From an uncultured Chlamydiae bacterium (GTDB lineage Bacteria; Chlamydiota; Chlamydiia; Chlamydiales; JAJFMA01): a DNA stretch of 64,000 nt. Below are positions 1 to 9,945 of the stretch, in pieces. The translations under genes were made by a program, and so were the position numbers. The DNA lies in the NCBI GenBank assembly GCA_963713615.1, contig CAVQMM010000001.1, forward strand, positions 512,001 to 576,000, in the 5' to 3' direction. Under the pieces are notes generated by a model. The model was not told the DNA's origin. It saw nothing but the letters and a program-made list of their open reading frames with translations, and did not search any database. Position 1 is the stretch's first letter. Each line of letters starts with the position of its first letter.

Positions 1-71
1 GTTGCTTCATCTGTGAGGTGATTTGCTGAGCTCTTGGCCTCTCAAGAAGCTATGCTAGAGGGGTCTTCCTT

Positions 72-191
72 TGTGGCGCAGTCATTCCATGACTGCGGTT
101 GGGGCAAATCTAATGCCCTTGTGGAGGCGTGAAATGATGGTAACGATGTGTTTTGCAAGCGTCCTCGCAGTCATGGAATGACAGCGCCACA
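72..191. repeat. Palindromic REP/MITE-like element, family A
   Basis: Inverted arms tgtggcgcagtcattccatgactgcg / cgcagtcatggaatgacagcgccaca; the same arms recur near 5711, 6500, 26800, 34940 and 56420. Confidence 0.85.
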
Positions 192-268
192 GGGGAGCAA
201 CTCAAATACTTCTGCAATAACCTCCTATCAAAGAGTTCTTTTTTTGTCGCGTTAAGGTTGGCGGGAAT

Positions 269-712
269 ATGATGTCTGTCCAATATTATCAGGAGATGAG
301 AGATGCACTTCCTGTGGCTGATGGGACTCATCATCGTTTGGGGCTTCGTGGTTACTCCTTAGGAGCTTATGCCGGTGAGGATTTCGAGCAGGTATTGGCG
401 AGGGTTTATTTCGCCTTAGCGCTTATTCAAGCTGGCGACTACGGAAATGCCTATGCCATATTACGTCAAGCCGAAGAACTACAACAGGGCCTGCGTGAGC
501 GATATGACCGATGTTGCGCAACAAGCGACTTTCATTTGCCTGATCTCACTTTCGCCAAGTATCTGTTTGCGCTCTTGTTGGAGAAGCAAGGGGACAAGAG
601 TAATGCTTGCCTCCTTTACCAACAGAGTGGGGCATTGCCCACTCCCGGCGATTGCTCTGACCGAAAGCAAGCGACAGTCTTAGTGCTCAATCTAACTTTT
701 TTGTTAAATTGA
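269..712 (+). pseudogene. Fragment of a TPR-like (COG3014-like) protein
   Basis: YAGEDFEQVLARVYFALALIQAGDYGNA helical motif; short for the family and bounded on both sides by palindromic elements. Confidence 0.4.
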
Positions 713-718
713 GGTTCG

Positions 719-820
719 TCTTGTCACTGGTTGTGTGCAAGATCATGTCTGAGGAACTGCAAAAACTACTTTCTTCACCAACGTCCTCAGACATGATCTT
801 GCACACAACCAGTGACAAGA
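719..820. repeat. Perfect 37-bp inverted repeat with 28-bp spacer
   Basis: tcttgtcactggttgtgtgcaagatcatgtctgagga (719-755) and its exact reverse complement (784-820), between convergent genes. Confidence 0.9.
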
Positions 821-924
821 GATTCTCTCTCCTATCTCTGAGTCTCTGTGCACTCTGTGGTAAAAAAAGCCCTCAACAACTGCGTGTGGTATATGTATGC
901 ACGAAAATGAGCTCTTCTTTGCCC

Positions 925-1383
925 CTAGTCGGGTTGGTAAACGGGATGCACCTCAAAGCCGGCTTGGCGCACGGCAAAGATCGCCTTTAAAATAGGGTCC
1001 CAGTGGGCATCCTTATCGATCTTGACCAGTACCTGTGTTTTGGACTTGTCAGGAGGTAGCAGCCCTTTCTCATACTGCTGAGAAAGTTCTTGAAAAATTT
1101 CCTCTGGCGTGGCCATGGCATAGTCACGGATTTCGGTGATCCACTTATACTGTCCATCAGCCATGATACTGAGGTGGATGACATGAAACTGGCTATCTCC
1201 CGTGGCGGAGGCATCGGCCTTATCTCCACTGGCTTCGACAAGATCGATATCCGTATCTCGGGTTGTGATACGAGTTACGGCGAGACATGCAAAGAACATG
1301 AGCATGAGAAACAGGAAATCGATCATAGGCGCCAGGTTGATACTGCGCTGTCCATGGATCTCTTCTTGAGGTGCAAAGCTCAT
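925..1383 (-). CDS. exbD: ExbD/TolR family biopolymer transport protein
   Basis: INLAPMIDFLFLMLMFF TM motif with conserved Asp; C-terminal VLVKIDKDA motif; overlaps exbB stop. Confidence 0.88.
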   Translation of the reverse strand: MSFAPQEEIHGQRSINLAPMIDFLFLMLMFFACLAVTRITTRDTDIDLVEASGDKADASATGDSQFHVIHLSIMADGQYKWITEIRDYAMATPEEIFQELSQQYEKGLLPPDKSKTQVLVKIDKDAHWDPILKAIFAVRQAGFEVHPVYQPD

Positions 1384-2102
1384 CGGGTGCCTGATTCCTG
1401 CTCGACAAGGTTGATGAGGGCTACAGCTTCGTTTTCGACGTTATTGAGAAGGTTCAGAACGCGAAACTTGAGAGTCGTGTAGAAGATCATGGCTGTAATG
1501 GCGACTATGAGCCCGGCAACTGTGGTACCAACAGCGATGCCGAAGCCATCGAAGATCGACGCTAGACTGTCGGGAGAGTGCTCCGAGTCATAGAAACCGA
1601 TAAAGATACCAAGCACGGTACCCAACAGTCCCAGCATCGGGGCCACTACAGCAACCTCATTGAGCAGCGAAATGCGCTGCCATAGTGAATTTCCCTGTCG
1701 GCGACCCTCTGCTTGAACCACGTCCATCATCACCTGTGGACCATGCCGGCGAGCCGCGATACCACTCGCTAGGATATTAGCACAGAAGTTACGGTTTTCC
1801 TGACAGGTGGCCAAAGCGGCATCGAACTGTTTTTCAGAAAGAAGCTGGCGAACGTGGCTTACGAAGGCCTCCGGCATCAGATCCCTGAGGCGCAAGGTTA
1901 ACAGGCTGTACAACCAGATGCTTAGCGAAGCCACTGACATTGCCAACAATAGCGAATAGATGAGAGGGCTAGCTGTAAAAACCCTATTGAGGTCCAGCGC
2001 CCCGGCGTCTTGCGCCTGAACGAAGACATCATCACCAGCATAGAGACCAACCTGTGCGAGGAGACCAAAGGCTCCAAAGCAGACTAGATTTCGTATACGC
2101 AT
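1380..2102 (-). CDS. exbB: MotA/TolQ/ExbB proton channel family protein
   Basis: APMLGLLGTVLGI and AVGTTVAGLIVAI signature helices. Confidence 0.9.
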   Translation of the reverse strand: MRIRNLVCFGAFGLLAQVGLYAGDDVFVQAQDAGALDLNRVFTASPLIYSLLLAMSVASLSIWLYSLLTLRLRDLMPEAFVSHVRQLLSEKQFDAALATCQENRNFCANILASGIAARRHGPQVMMDVVQAEGRRQGNSLWQRISLLNEVAVVAPMLGLLGTVLGIFIGFYDSEHSPDSLASIFDGFGIAVGTTVAGLIVAITAMIFYTTLKFRVLNLLNNVENEAVALINLVEQESGTR

Positions 2103-2131
2103 GTTTCCTTGCACTTTTTGAGGGGATAGTT

Positions 2132-3415
2132 TTAGGGTATGACCAGCACCAGGCCCACTTTAAGACGATTCTGATCAGTCAGTACGGCTTTATTAGCCTC
2201 ATAAACTTCATGCCAGCGTTGTGCTGTACCATAATAGTGGCGAGAGATACTTGTTAGAGTGTCGCCTTTGCCAATGACATGGTAACGCACATCCTGCTCA
2301 GGACTTGAGGGAGGTGAAATCCGTGATTCCGTTGTCACAGCGACGAAGGCGTTAGTGTCATGTGCGGGAATGGAGTTGTGGTTACGCGCAGAAACGGCTT
2401 GTAATAGCTTGGCATACTTATTTTTGGTGACATCGAGTTCAGCGGCCAGCTCCATGCGAGCTTGGTCCATCTGTTTCATCACCTGTTTGTGGCTTTTTAT
2501 TGCATTGGCGAGCTCTTGGAACGAGCGTTCTTGCGTTGTGAGCTTGGCTTGTTGCTGACTAATCTTGTCCTCTAGCTGAGCACGCTCTCTAAGCATGAGA
2601 TCTTGGCGTTTTGCCAGCTCATCCTGCCGCTTGGTCATTTCCCTTACGCGAGCGTCGGCTTCACGTACTTTAGCATCGTTTTCACGCACTTTGGCTTCGT
2701 TTTGCAAAGCAACATCTTGAGAGGCCCTTAGATACTGCTGGACCTCGGCTAACTGCTGTTCCAGATGACTATTAGTCTTTTGCAATTGCTCATTCTGCTC
2801 ATTTAGGTCAGTGATCGTTTGAGCTTCGCCATTGTCGTCGCGAGGTTCTGTTACCGTAACCACCACGGGTTGAAGGCGTGCAATTTCCAGCTCTTGATTG
2901 AGCACAGCAATCTCTACTTCACGTTGTGCTAAGTGCTCCTCTAATCCACCAAAGTCAATTTTAAGGGCGTCTATTTGCCGTTGCTGAACCTGTACGAGCT
3001 GTTGCAATTCTTTAAGCAAGGACTCCGAATCCGCCACGGCTACATTTTGCGATTCTTCCGGAACTGTATCAGCCTGTTCAGGAGGTTCTTCAGACGTGTC
3101 TTCAGGAGCTGTGTCGTCTACGACTAAAAGCAGTTCAAAGGGCGATGAGCTTTCGATGGCTGGGGCTTTCTTTGTCGAGATATCTTCTGCCGCTATTAGG
3201 GAATCGGGGGCCTTAGTGATTTCCACGATGTCAATTTCAGGCGCATTCGGGTAGGTAGTGAAGTCTGTACGGAATAATGTCCAAAGCGTAAAGGCAATTA
3301 GAACTGAAAAACTGGCTATGCTGACCACTAAGGTCCTGCTTTTTGCCGCACTTCCAGGCTGGCGAGGGGGAAGTTGGGTTGTTTCCGATGCGTTTTCTTG
3401 TTGTTTGTCTGACAT
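2132..3415 (-). CDS. Membrane-anchored coiled-coil protein with C-terminal LysM domain
   Basis: N-terminal TM helix, long heptad region, C-terminal YHVIGKGDTLTSISRHYYG...IP LysM. Confidence 0.88.
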   Translation of the reverse strand: MSDKQQENASETTQLPPRQPGSAAKSRTLVVSIASFSVLIAFTLWTLFRTDFTTYPNAPEIDIVEITKAPDSLIAAEDISTKKAPAIESSSPFELLLVVDDTAPEDTSEEPPEQADTVPEESQNVAVADSESLLKELQQLVQVQQRQIDALKIDFGGLEEHLAQREVEIAVLNQELEIARLQPVVVTVTEPRDDNGEAQTITDLNEQNEQLQKTNSHLEQQLAEVQQYLRASQDVALQNEAKVRENDAKVREADARVREMTKRQDELAKRQDLMLRERAQLEDKISQQQAKLTTQERSFQELANAIKSHKQVMKQMDQARMELAAELDVTKNKYAKLLQAVSARNHNSIPAHDTNAFVAVTTESRISPPSSPEQDVRYHVIGKGDTLTSISRHYYGTAQRWHEVYEANKAVLTDQNRLKVGLVLVIP

Positions 3416-3625
3416 ATGCCATTTCCTTGATGGTTTGCTGAGAATTGGAAAAGATAATCGCCACTCAGCTCAATCTCGTCAACTCCAAAGCGAATCAAGA
3501 AAAAAATAGAGTCCCGCGTCAAATATTGCAACATCGAATTTCACGAAAAGAGAAGAAATGTCTTGATTCGGAGGTCTCGTATGGCATAATGCAGAGAGGC
3601 GTACAACCACTACCCGGCTGTTTTT

Positions 3626-5695
3626 ATGACTGAGCATCAACACACTAATCGCCTGATTAACGAGAAATCTCCCTACCTGCAGCAACATGCTCATAATCCG
3701 GTAGATTGGTATCCGTGGGGGGAAGAGGCTTTTGCAGCCGCTCGTGATCAGAGCAAACCCATTTTTCTATCTATCGGCTATGCCACCTGTCATTGGTGTC
3801 ACGTGATGGAACGAGAGACCTTTGAAGATGCTGAGATCGCACAGATGCTCAACGATGTGTTCATCAACATTAAGGTTGATCGTGAAGAACTTCCGGAGGT
3901 CGATGCTCTTTATATGGAGTTTGCGCAGAGCATGATGTCGGGTGCTGCCGGCTGGCCCCTTAACCTTGTGCTGACGCCGGAACTTAAGCCCTTTTTCGCC
4001 GCCACGTACCTGCCTCCGGAAAGTGGACAAGGCCTCATGGGCATGAAGAGCTTGATTAGTCGGATTAAAGAGGTCTGGCGCAGCGAAGAGCGCGAGCGCG
4101 TTATTGAACAGGCTTCTAAGATTGTCGAAGTTTTCTCTGATAGCATTCATGTCTCGGGAGAACAGCTTCCAGAAAAACATCAGGTAACCGCAGGTGCGGA
4201 AATCTTTTTCAAGATGGCAGATCCTGTGTATGGGGGAATGAAAGGCGCACCCAAATTTCCCATCGGTTATCAGGCTAACTTTCTTCTGGCCTTTGCCATA
4301 AAGGCCAAAGAGAGCCGTGCCTTATTTCTCGTTGAACGCACGCTTGATATGATGCATCGTGGCGGTATCTACGATCATCTTGGGGGTGGCTTCTCGCGTT
4401 ATAGTGTCGATGAAAAATGGCAGGTGCCTCATTTTGAAAAAATGCTCTACGACAATAGCCTCCTAGCCTATGCATACATACAGTTATGGCAGGTGACTCA
4501 AAAAACTATTTATCAGACTGTAACGCAAGAAATTCTCGATTACGTTTTGCGAGATATGACTCATGCCGAAGGGGGCTTTTTTTCTGCAGAAGATGCTGAT
4601 ACTGAGGGTCAAGAAGGTTTGTTCTATACATGGACTCTTGAAGAGGTGGAGAATATTCTTGGACCAAAAGAGTCGCAGCTTTTTTGTCAGTATTACGACA
4701 TCACGAATGCTGGCAATTTTGAGGGACGCAATGTGCTGCACACGAGGTATTCGCTAGAGGACTTTGCGGCGGCGCGTGGGTTGGAGGCTCACACGCTAGA
4801 GCAGAAGTTTGCAGACCAGCGTCGCGTGCTGTGGCTACAACGGGAGCGACGTATTCACCCCTTTAAGGACGATAAGATCTTAAGCTCCTGGAATGGGTTG
4901 ATGATTCACGCATTGGCCGAAACGGGCGCCATCTTAGCGAACAACACCTACTTGGATGCTGCAGAGCGCGCTGTACGCTTCATCAGGATGCATTTGTGGA
5001 GGGATGGACGTCTTCTCAGGCGTTGGAGAGATGGGGAGTCCCTTTTTAGTGCTGGCTTGGATGAATATGCTTTTCTCATCAGAGGGCTCCTCTCATTGTT
5101 TGAGGCGGGACGCGGTTTGGAATGGCTCGAGTGGGCTATTGAGATGACCAATATTCTCGAAGAAGGCTTCAAAGCTCCCGAAGGCGCATTCTTCCAGACC
5201 GATGGCGGTGACAGCAGTCTCATTCTGCGTAAGATTCAATATTCCGACGGGGCAGAGCCGTCGGGGAATTCATTGCACTGCGAGAATCTGCTGCGTTTGT
5301 ATCAGTTGACGTATGATCAGCGTTATCTTAAGCAGGCCAAAGACATCCTACGAGCGGTAAAACGCTATATCGACAGTTACGCTCCGGGATATTCGTATCA
5401 CTTGCTAAACATCCTACATTACTATGACAAACAGGCTCCTCAGTTTATATTAGCCTTAAACAAGGATGAAGAGTGGAAAACAGAGATTTTACAGCTCCTG
5501 GCTCATCGTTTTATTCCCTTTCGAAGCATTATTTTGCGTCGCATGGATGATGAAAAGCTTGTGAAGATGTTGCCTTATCTCGAGCCGCAGATTCCTATCG
5601 AAGGTCGAACTACCTTGTACATTTGCTTCCAAGGTATCTGTAAGGAACCCCTTAACGATCTCGGAGCCATGGTTCAGGCTATTCACGCACTCTAA
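3626..5695 (+). CDS. YyaL/SSP411 family thioredoxin-domain protein (DUF255)
   Basis: [42 protein letters not shown]. Confidence 0.95.
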   Translation: MTEHQHTNRLINEKSPYLQQHAHNPVDWYPWGEEAFAAARDQSKPIFLSIGYATCHWCHVMERETFEDAEIAQMLNDVFINIKVDREELPEVDALYMEFAQSMMSGAAGWPLNLVLTPELKPFFAATYLPPESGQGLMGMKSLISRIKEVWRSEERERVIEQASKIVEVFSDSIHVSGEQLPEKHQVTAGAEIFFKMADPVYGGMKGAPKFPIGYQANFLLAFAIKAKESRALFLVERTLDMMHRGGIYDHLGGGFSRYSVDEKWQVPHFEKMLYDNSLLAYAYIQLWQVTQKTIYQTVTQEILDYVLRDMTHAEGGFFSAEDADTEGQEGLFYTWTLEEVENILGPKESQLFCQYYDITNAGNFEGRNVLHTRYSLEDFAAARGLEAHTLEQKFADQRRVLWLQRERRIHPFKDDKILSSWNGLMIHALAETGAILANNTYLDAAERAVRFIRMHLWRDGRLLRRWRDGESLFSAGLDEYAFLIRGLLSLFEAGRGLEWLEWAIEMTNILEEGFKAPEGAFFQTDGGDSSLILRKIQYSDGAEPSGNSLHCENLLRLYQLTYDQRYLKQAKDILRAVKRYIDSYAPGYSYHLLNILHYYDKQAPQFILALNKDEEWKTEILQLLAHRFIPFRSIILRRMDDEKLVKMLPYLEPQIPIEGRTTLYICFQGICKEPLNDLGAMVQAIHAL

Positions 5696-5710
5696 AGAAA
5701 GAGATGTCTT

Positions 5711-6504
5711 GTGGCGCAGCCATTCCATGCATAGTGTTGCACACATCTTGAATAGCGTCTACCCGAATGAACGTAAGGAGCTAAATGCTAAGGCATAACA
5801 TGCGTGAAGCTATACGCATCAGCCTAAGTCTTCACAATCGTTGCTCGGCGCGCAGCGCTTTGGAGTGCGGTCGCTTGCGACCGCTTTTCGGTGTTTACGA
5901 GGATCATGTGAAACGGTATCACGATCATTCGCTAAGGGTAAATAGTTAGCACATGCAGCCTTCACCGAATCTGTGCAACGCCGTTTAGCATTACCGTCGC
6001 AAGGAACCAAAGCGACCGCACTCCAACACGGATTTTCATTACGAATTTGATATTTTTCCCGATATAGCCGTGTTCTATCTTCCATGATGTTCTAGGCTAT
6101 TTTTGGGCTTGGAATATCTTTCGACTTCATAGTAATTATGAGAGTGATCGCACTACCGTATATTTCTTGAATCATGACGTAAAATTCGATGCATGCCCTG
6201 AAGATCTATTTAAAACGGCACAACAAAAAAATCTCGTGTGATGCGACTTAGTTAAATATCATCTTCATTACGATAATTTCATCTCAAATCCATGAAATCA
6301 TACATATCCTGTTAAGGTCCATTTTAGCGATATCTACAAGCCAATTATTGTTAGCTGAGGACATCCCTAGCATTCAAAATAGGCATCTCATCCTGATCGA
6401 GCATTTCTGAATGAAAATCCGTGCCAAAGCGCTTCACGCTGAGCTTACGATTGTGAGTCAAGAAAAAGATGTGTGCAACACTATGCATGGAATGACTGGG
6501 CCAC
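5711..6504. mobile_element. ~790-bp nested palindromic composite element
   Basis: Outer 39-bp inverted arms 5711-5749 / 6466-6504 (2 mismatches); inner family-B arms at ~5832 and ~6427-6457; 5751-5890 resembles 56478-56630. Confidence 0.75.
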
Positions 6505-6539
6505 CGATGATCATGGGATAAGAGTCCCACAAAGGAAGT

Positions 6540-8621
6540 CTACATAGCTTTTCGACGGGGCTTCTGAGCTAGCTGGTTCAAAAAGTAACGAAATGCCTCT
6601 GTATCGCGTAAATCTTGCAGCCATTCGTCGTGACGGAGGTCATCGACTGCGGGCAATGCATCCACAGCATCGGCGCGCTCGAGAAAATGCATCGCAGCAT
6701 CATATCTGCCCGCCAAACTATACACACAGGCAATATTATAGAATGCACTGGTATTGCCTAAAGCAATCGCTTGCAGCAAGCGACTTTCAGCCTGCGCCAT
6801 CAGTTGCAACCAACGCTCTGAATGCGCGGGGTCTCGCACTAACTGTGCAAGGTTTAACAATGTCAAACCCAAGTCATTCCAGGAGACATCGTCTTCACCA
6901 TCTTCATCAACGAGTTCTTCAAAGTACTCGACAGCCTTTTGAAAGAAGTCTAGCTCAGACGTTAATTCTCCAAGATGTGACCAAGCCAATGCAAGGTTAT
7001 AGCGAGCATGTCGATAGGTTGGGTCGAGGTTAACCACATGCGTGAGCACCTGAATGCTCTTTTCATAATGTGACGGATTGTCTGTGTAGTCCCCAAGGAA
7101 ATCTAAGGCACAGCCATAGTTATAGAGCCATTCGGGATCCCCAAAGCCATCCCCCTCTTCAAAGGCGCGTACAGCTTTTTCGAACTTGGCTACGGCAGCT
7201 TCGATATAGCGCCGCTCATGGGTGGCTTCTGTTAGACGCATGAGGCAAACACCCCACTCGTTATAGAGTGGAGGCATGTCAACCTTGTACAGCTCTGAGG
7301 ACCTGTCAAAGTACTGAAGGGATTCCTCCAGGAGTGCAACGTCACCTCTCAAGGTTCCCAGAGCAGTGTAAATGCGTGCTAGGACGGCCCAAAGGGATGG
7401 ATTGCTTTCGTCTTGACGGATAGCGATTTTAATTTTTTCCAGAGCCTCAAGATAGTAGCCTTCGTCACCAAAATAGTAACCCAGTTCCGTTAGACAAAGC
7501 GAATAGGTGCGCCAAACAGCTGGATTGTCAGGTTCAAGCTCTAGGGCTCTGACGATTTTGGCGGCTCCTTCGCGAAGGAGGTGTAGGTTTTCAGTAAGGG
7601 CCCCCAACATGGCCAAGGCTTCGCCCCAGCTACTAAGGATGACAGGATTGTCTGGTTCACATTCGTTAGCTCTTTGAAACTTGGATAGTGCCTCCTTAAG
7701 AGCATCGAGATCGCGCTGACGTTCCGCTTGCTTTGTGAGCAGTATTGCCCATCCTAGCCATGCATCAACGAGATTGGTATCTTTTTCCAGAATAGTTTTG
7801 AAGGCATTCTTGGCGCGGTCAAAGGCAGGTCCATCATTAAACTCGAGAAACAGTCGTAGGTATAGGCTAGCAAGGTGAAGTTGCGCCAACACCAAGGTGG
7901 AATCCAGAGCGAGCGCCCTGCCATAACAGTCTACCGCTTCTTGAAGGAAGTCAGCCCGACCTAGGAGGCTTCCAAGGGCTTCCATAGACTGACCGTAATC
8001 TGTCCATAAGCTTGCATTGCCTTCAGGGATAGTTTTCAGAGCGTTGCGATAATAATCCAAAGCCTTCCAGAAATCGTACGCCTCGCCGGAATGCTCACCT
8101 ATAGCATTCCAGGCTCGGCCAATTTGGACGAAGAGGTCTGCTGGTGGAGTTGTTTTGTTTGTCTCGTAGAGCTTCAAGGCCATATATAGGCTGCGCTCAG
8201 CTTCTTTGAGATAGGCTATTTCATCATACCCTAAGCCCAGCTGAAGCAGTACGACACCGTCCGCTTCCCATGCTGCGATAAGTTGCGAATTCAGCTGGAT
8301 GGCTATAGAAAGCTTGTCGTGAGCCAAGGCGAGGCAGTTGAGATCATGTGAGCAACATGCATAGGCCTGACCAATGCGCAACAATATTTGAGGGCTATTT
8401 GGAGCTATACGAATAGCGAGATCAAAGGCTTCAGCAGGCTCACAAGATCCATCACGAAGCTGCTTTTCTCCCTGACTAACAAACAGAGTGGCCAAGAGAT
8501 CGCGGTCGTCCGCAGCCATCTGTTCCCAGCGCTGAGCGTCTCGATATCCCATGAGTTCCTCATAGGATTGCATTTTTCCAATGCGGTGCAGTTCTTCTTT
8601 GGTGCGCGAGGCTTTTTTCAT
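6540..8621 (-). CDS. Large tetratricopeptide-repeat protein
   Basis: Many TPR-like units (ALELEPDNPAVW, NLDPTYRHARYNLALA, AFYNIACVYSL). Confidence 0.9.
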   Translation of the reverse strand: MKKASRTKEELHRIGKMQSYEELMGYRDAQRWEQMAADDRDLLATLFVSQGEKQLRDGSCEPAEAFDLAIRIAPNSPQILLRIGQAYACCSHDLNCLALAHDKLSIAIQLNSQLIAAWEADGVVLLQLGLGYDEIAYLKEAERSLYMALKLYETNKTTPPADLFVQIGRAWNAIGEHSGEAYDFWKALDYYRNALKTIPEGNASLWTDYGQSMEALGSLLGRADFLQEAVDCYGRALALDSTLVLAQLHLASLYLRLFLEFNDGPAFDRAKNAFKTILEKDTNLVDAWLGWAILLTKQAERQRDLDALKEALSKFQRANECEPDNPVILSSWGEALAMLGALTENLHLLREGAAKIVRALELEPDNPAVWRTYSLCLTELGYYFGDEGYYLEALEKIKIAIRQDESNPSLWAVLARIYTALGTLRGDVALLEESLQYFDRSSELYKVDMPPLYNEWGVCLMRLTEATHERRYIEAAVAKFEKAVRAFEEGDGFGDPEWLYNYGCALDFLGDYTDNPSHYEKSIQVLTHVVNLDPTYRHARYNLALAWSHLGELTSELDFFQKAVEYFEELVDEDGEDDVSWNDLGLTLLNLAQLVRDPAHSERWLQLMAQAESRLLQAIALGNTSAFYNIACVYSLAGRYDAAMHFLERADAVDALPAVDDLRHDEWLQDLRDTEAFRYFLNQLAQKPRRKAM

Positions 8622-8783
8622 TCACCAACCGGTCGAAGGTTTTTAAGTGTCAAGGTTATGATAGATGAGCAGCTCCATTTCTCACAAGTCTGCCGAGGTA
8701 CAGAAAAAAGTAGGATCTATCATTCGCCAGCCAACCTTTTGAGTTACTCAGGTCCAAAGCGCTTCGTGCCGATTGACCATTGC

Positions 8784-8943
8784 GGCCTTATTCACCTTTG
8801 CGGTCAGTTTTCGGTCGACTGCAAAAGGATCGTCTGTCGCGTTTTGCTCCTCGGACATAGCTGGCGCTATGCCCTCGTCACAAACCACGACATCCGACCT
8901 TTTTCGTCCGACCGAAATTCTGACCGTAAAGGTGAACAAGGCC
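8784..8943. mobile_element. 160-bp MITE copy 1 (8-bp TSD accattgc)
   Basis: TIRs ggccttattcacctttgcggtcag / ctgaccgtaaaggtgaacaaggcc; accattgc at 8776-8783 and 8944-8951. Confidence 0.95.
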
Positions 8944-9186
8944 ACCATTGCGACTCCAAAGCGCCCCCAAATTCTTCTCAAGAACCACAGTAATGGACAA
9001 TATGGGTCAATTTAATACAGAAAAATCGGGTTTGTTTACTTCTCTCCCTTATCGTTTATATTTTAAATTGTAACAATATAATTTAATTCAGTTTTGTCTT
9101 TAAAAGGTATTTACTTTTTATTGGTGTCTTTGTATAGTTATTGTTAATTTAACATAACATCAAAAAACATATAAGTAAGGTGTATT

Positions 9187-9789
9187 ATGAACGATTATGA
9201 GACTCTTAGAGCTTGTTTTAATTTAAAAGCAGCTGAAATGGTAAATTATTTACAGGAAAAAACAGTGGATGCAGCCTATACTATAGGAAAGGTCTATCAG
9301 GGGCTTGAGTCACCACCGCAGTATGCTAAGAAAGTTGTGGAATTTTGCGGACCGAAAGTTGCGAACGTGGCTATCGATACCTTTAAAGTGGTACAGGGGG
9401 CGTGGTCTAGCTTTGACCGAGCGACTACTTGTCTAGAAACAACAAAAATGCATTTCTTAGGTGCCATTGGTTTGTGGTGTACTCTAGCAGCCATCTTTGC
9501 CAGAATTTCGGGTCATAAGGCGATGACGGGCGTTGTTGCAGGGTTTGTTTTTACAACGACCCATACAGTTTGGCATGGACTTAGTGAAGGAACCGTTATG
9601 GGCGCCTTGGCAAAACCGATATCGATGGTTGCTATTGCGACCATTTCAGCGCTTGTTACATGGGCGGTCACACCACCGAAAGAGCAGGTTTCACTACCTA
9701 GAGCCTTCCTATTAGTTGGTTCTCCACTCTTGATGGTGGGAGCTCTCTATGCAGGTGCAGGTCTAGCTAGAATTCCATTGGAAGTTTAG
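9187..9789 (+). CDS. Hypothetical multi-pass membrane protein
   Basis: 200-aa ORF with SD (aaggtg), hydrophobic C-terminal helices, AT-rich upstream region, downstream hairpin. Confidence 0.7.
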   Translation: MNDYETLRACFNLKAAEMVNYLQEKTVDAAYTIGKVYQGLESPPQYAKKVVEFCGPKVANVAIDTFKVVQGAWSSFDRATTCLETTKMHFLGAIGLWCTLAAIFARISGHKAMTGVVAGFVFTTTHTVWHGLSEGTVMGALAKPISMVAIATISALVTWAVTPPKEQVSLPRAFLLVGSPLLMVGALYAGAGLARIPLEV

Positions 9790-9823
9790 TTCCAGACTCC
9801 TAATACCATGCGCGGGTATTATC

Positions 9824-9853
9824 AAAGGCAGCCATGTCTCATGGCTGCCTTTA
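9824..9853 (+). terminator. Rho-independent terminator
   Basis: aaaggcagccatg-tct-catggctgccttt hairpin after the 9187-9789 gene. Confidence 0.7.
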
Positions 9854-9945
9854 TGTATTCTTGTCCTGCTCTCTCATTCCCCACTTGCGAAAATAGGCGT
9901 TGTTGTCGATCATATAGGCAATGACTTACTTTTGAGGAGAAACCT

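Noticed and set aside
8388..9015. ORFs of 77-201 aa over the MITE (also 26916-27233)
   Set aside because: Shadow frames of the MITE or antisense to the TPR gene; no transposase motifs
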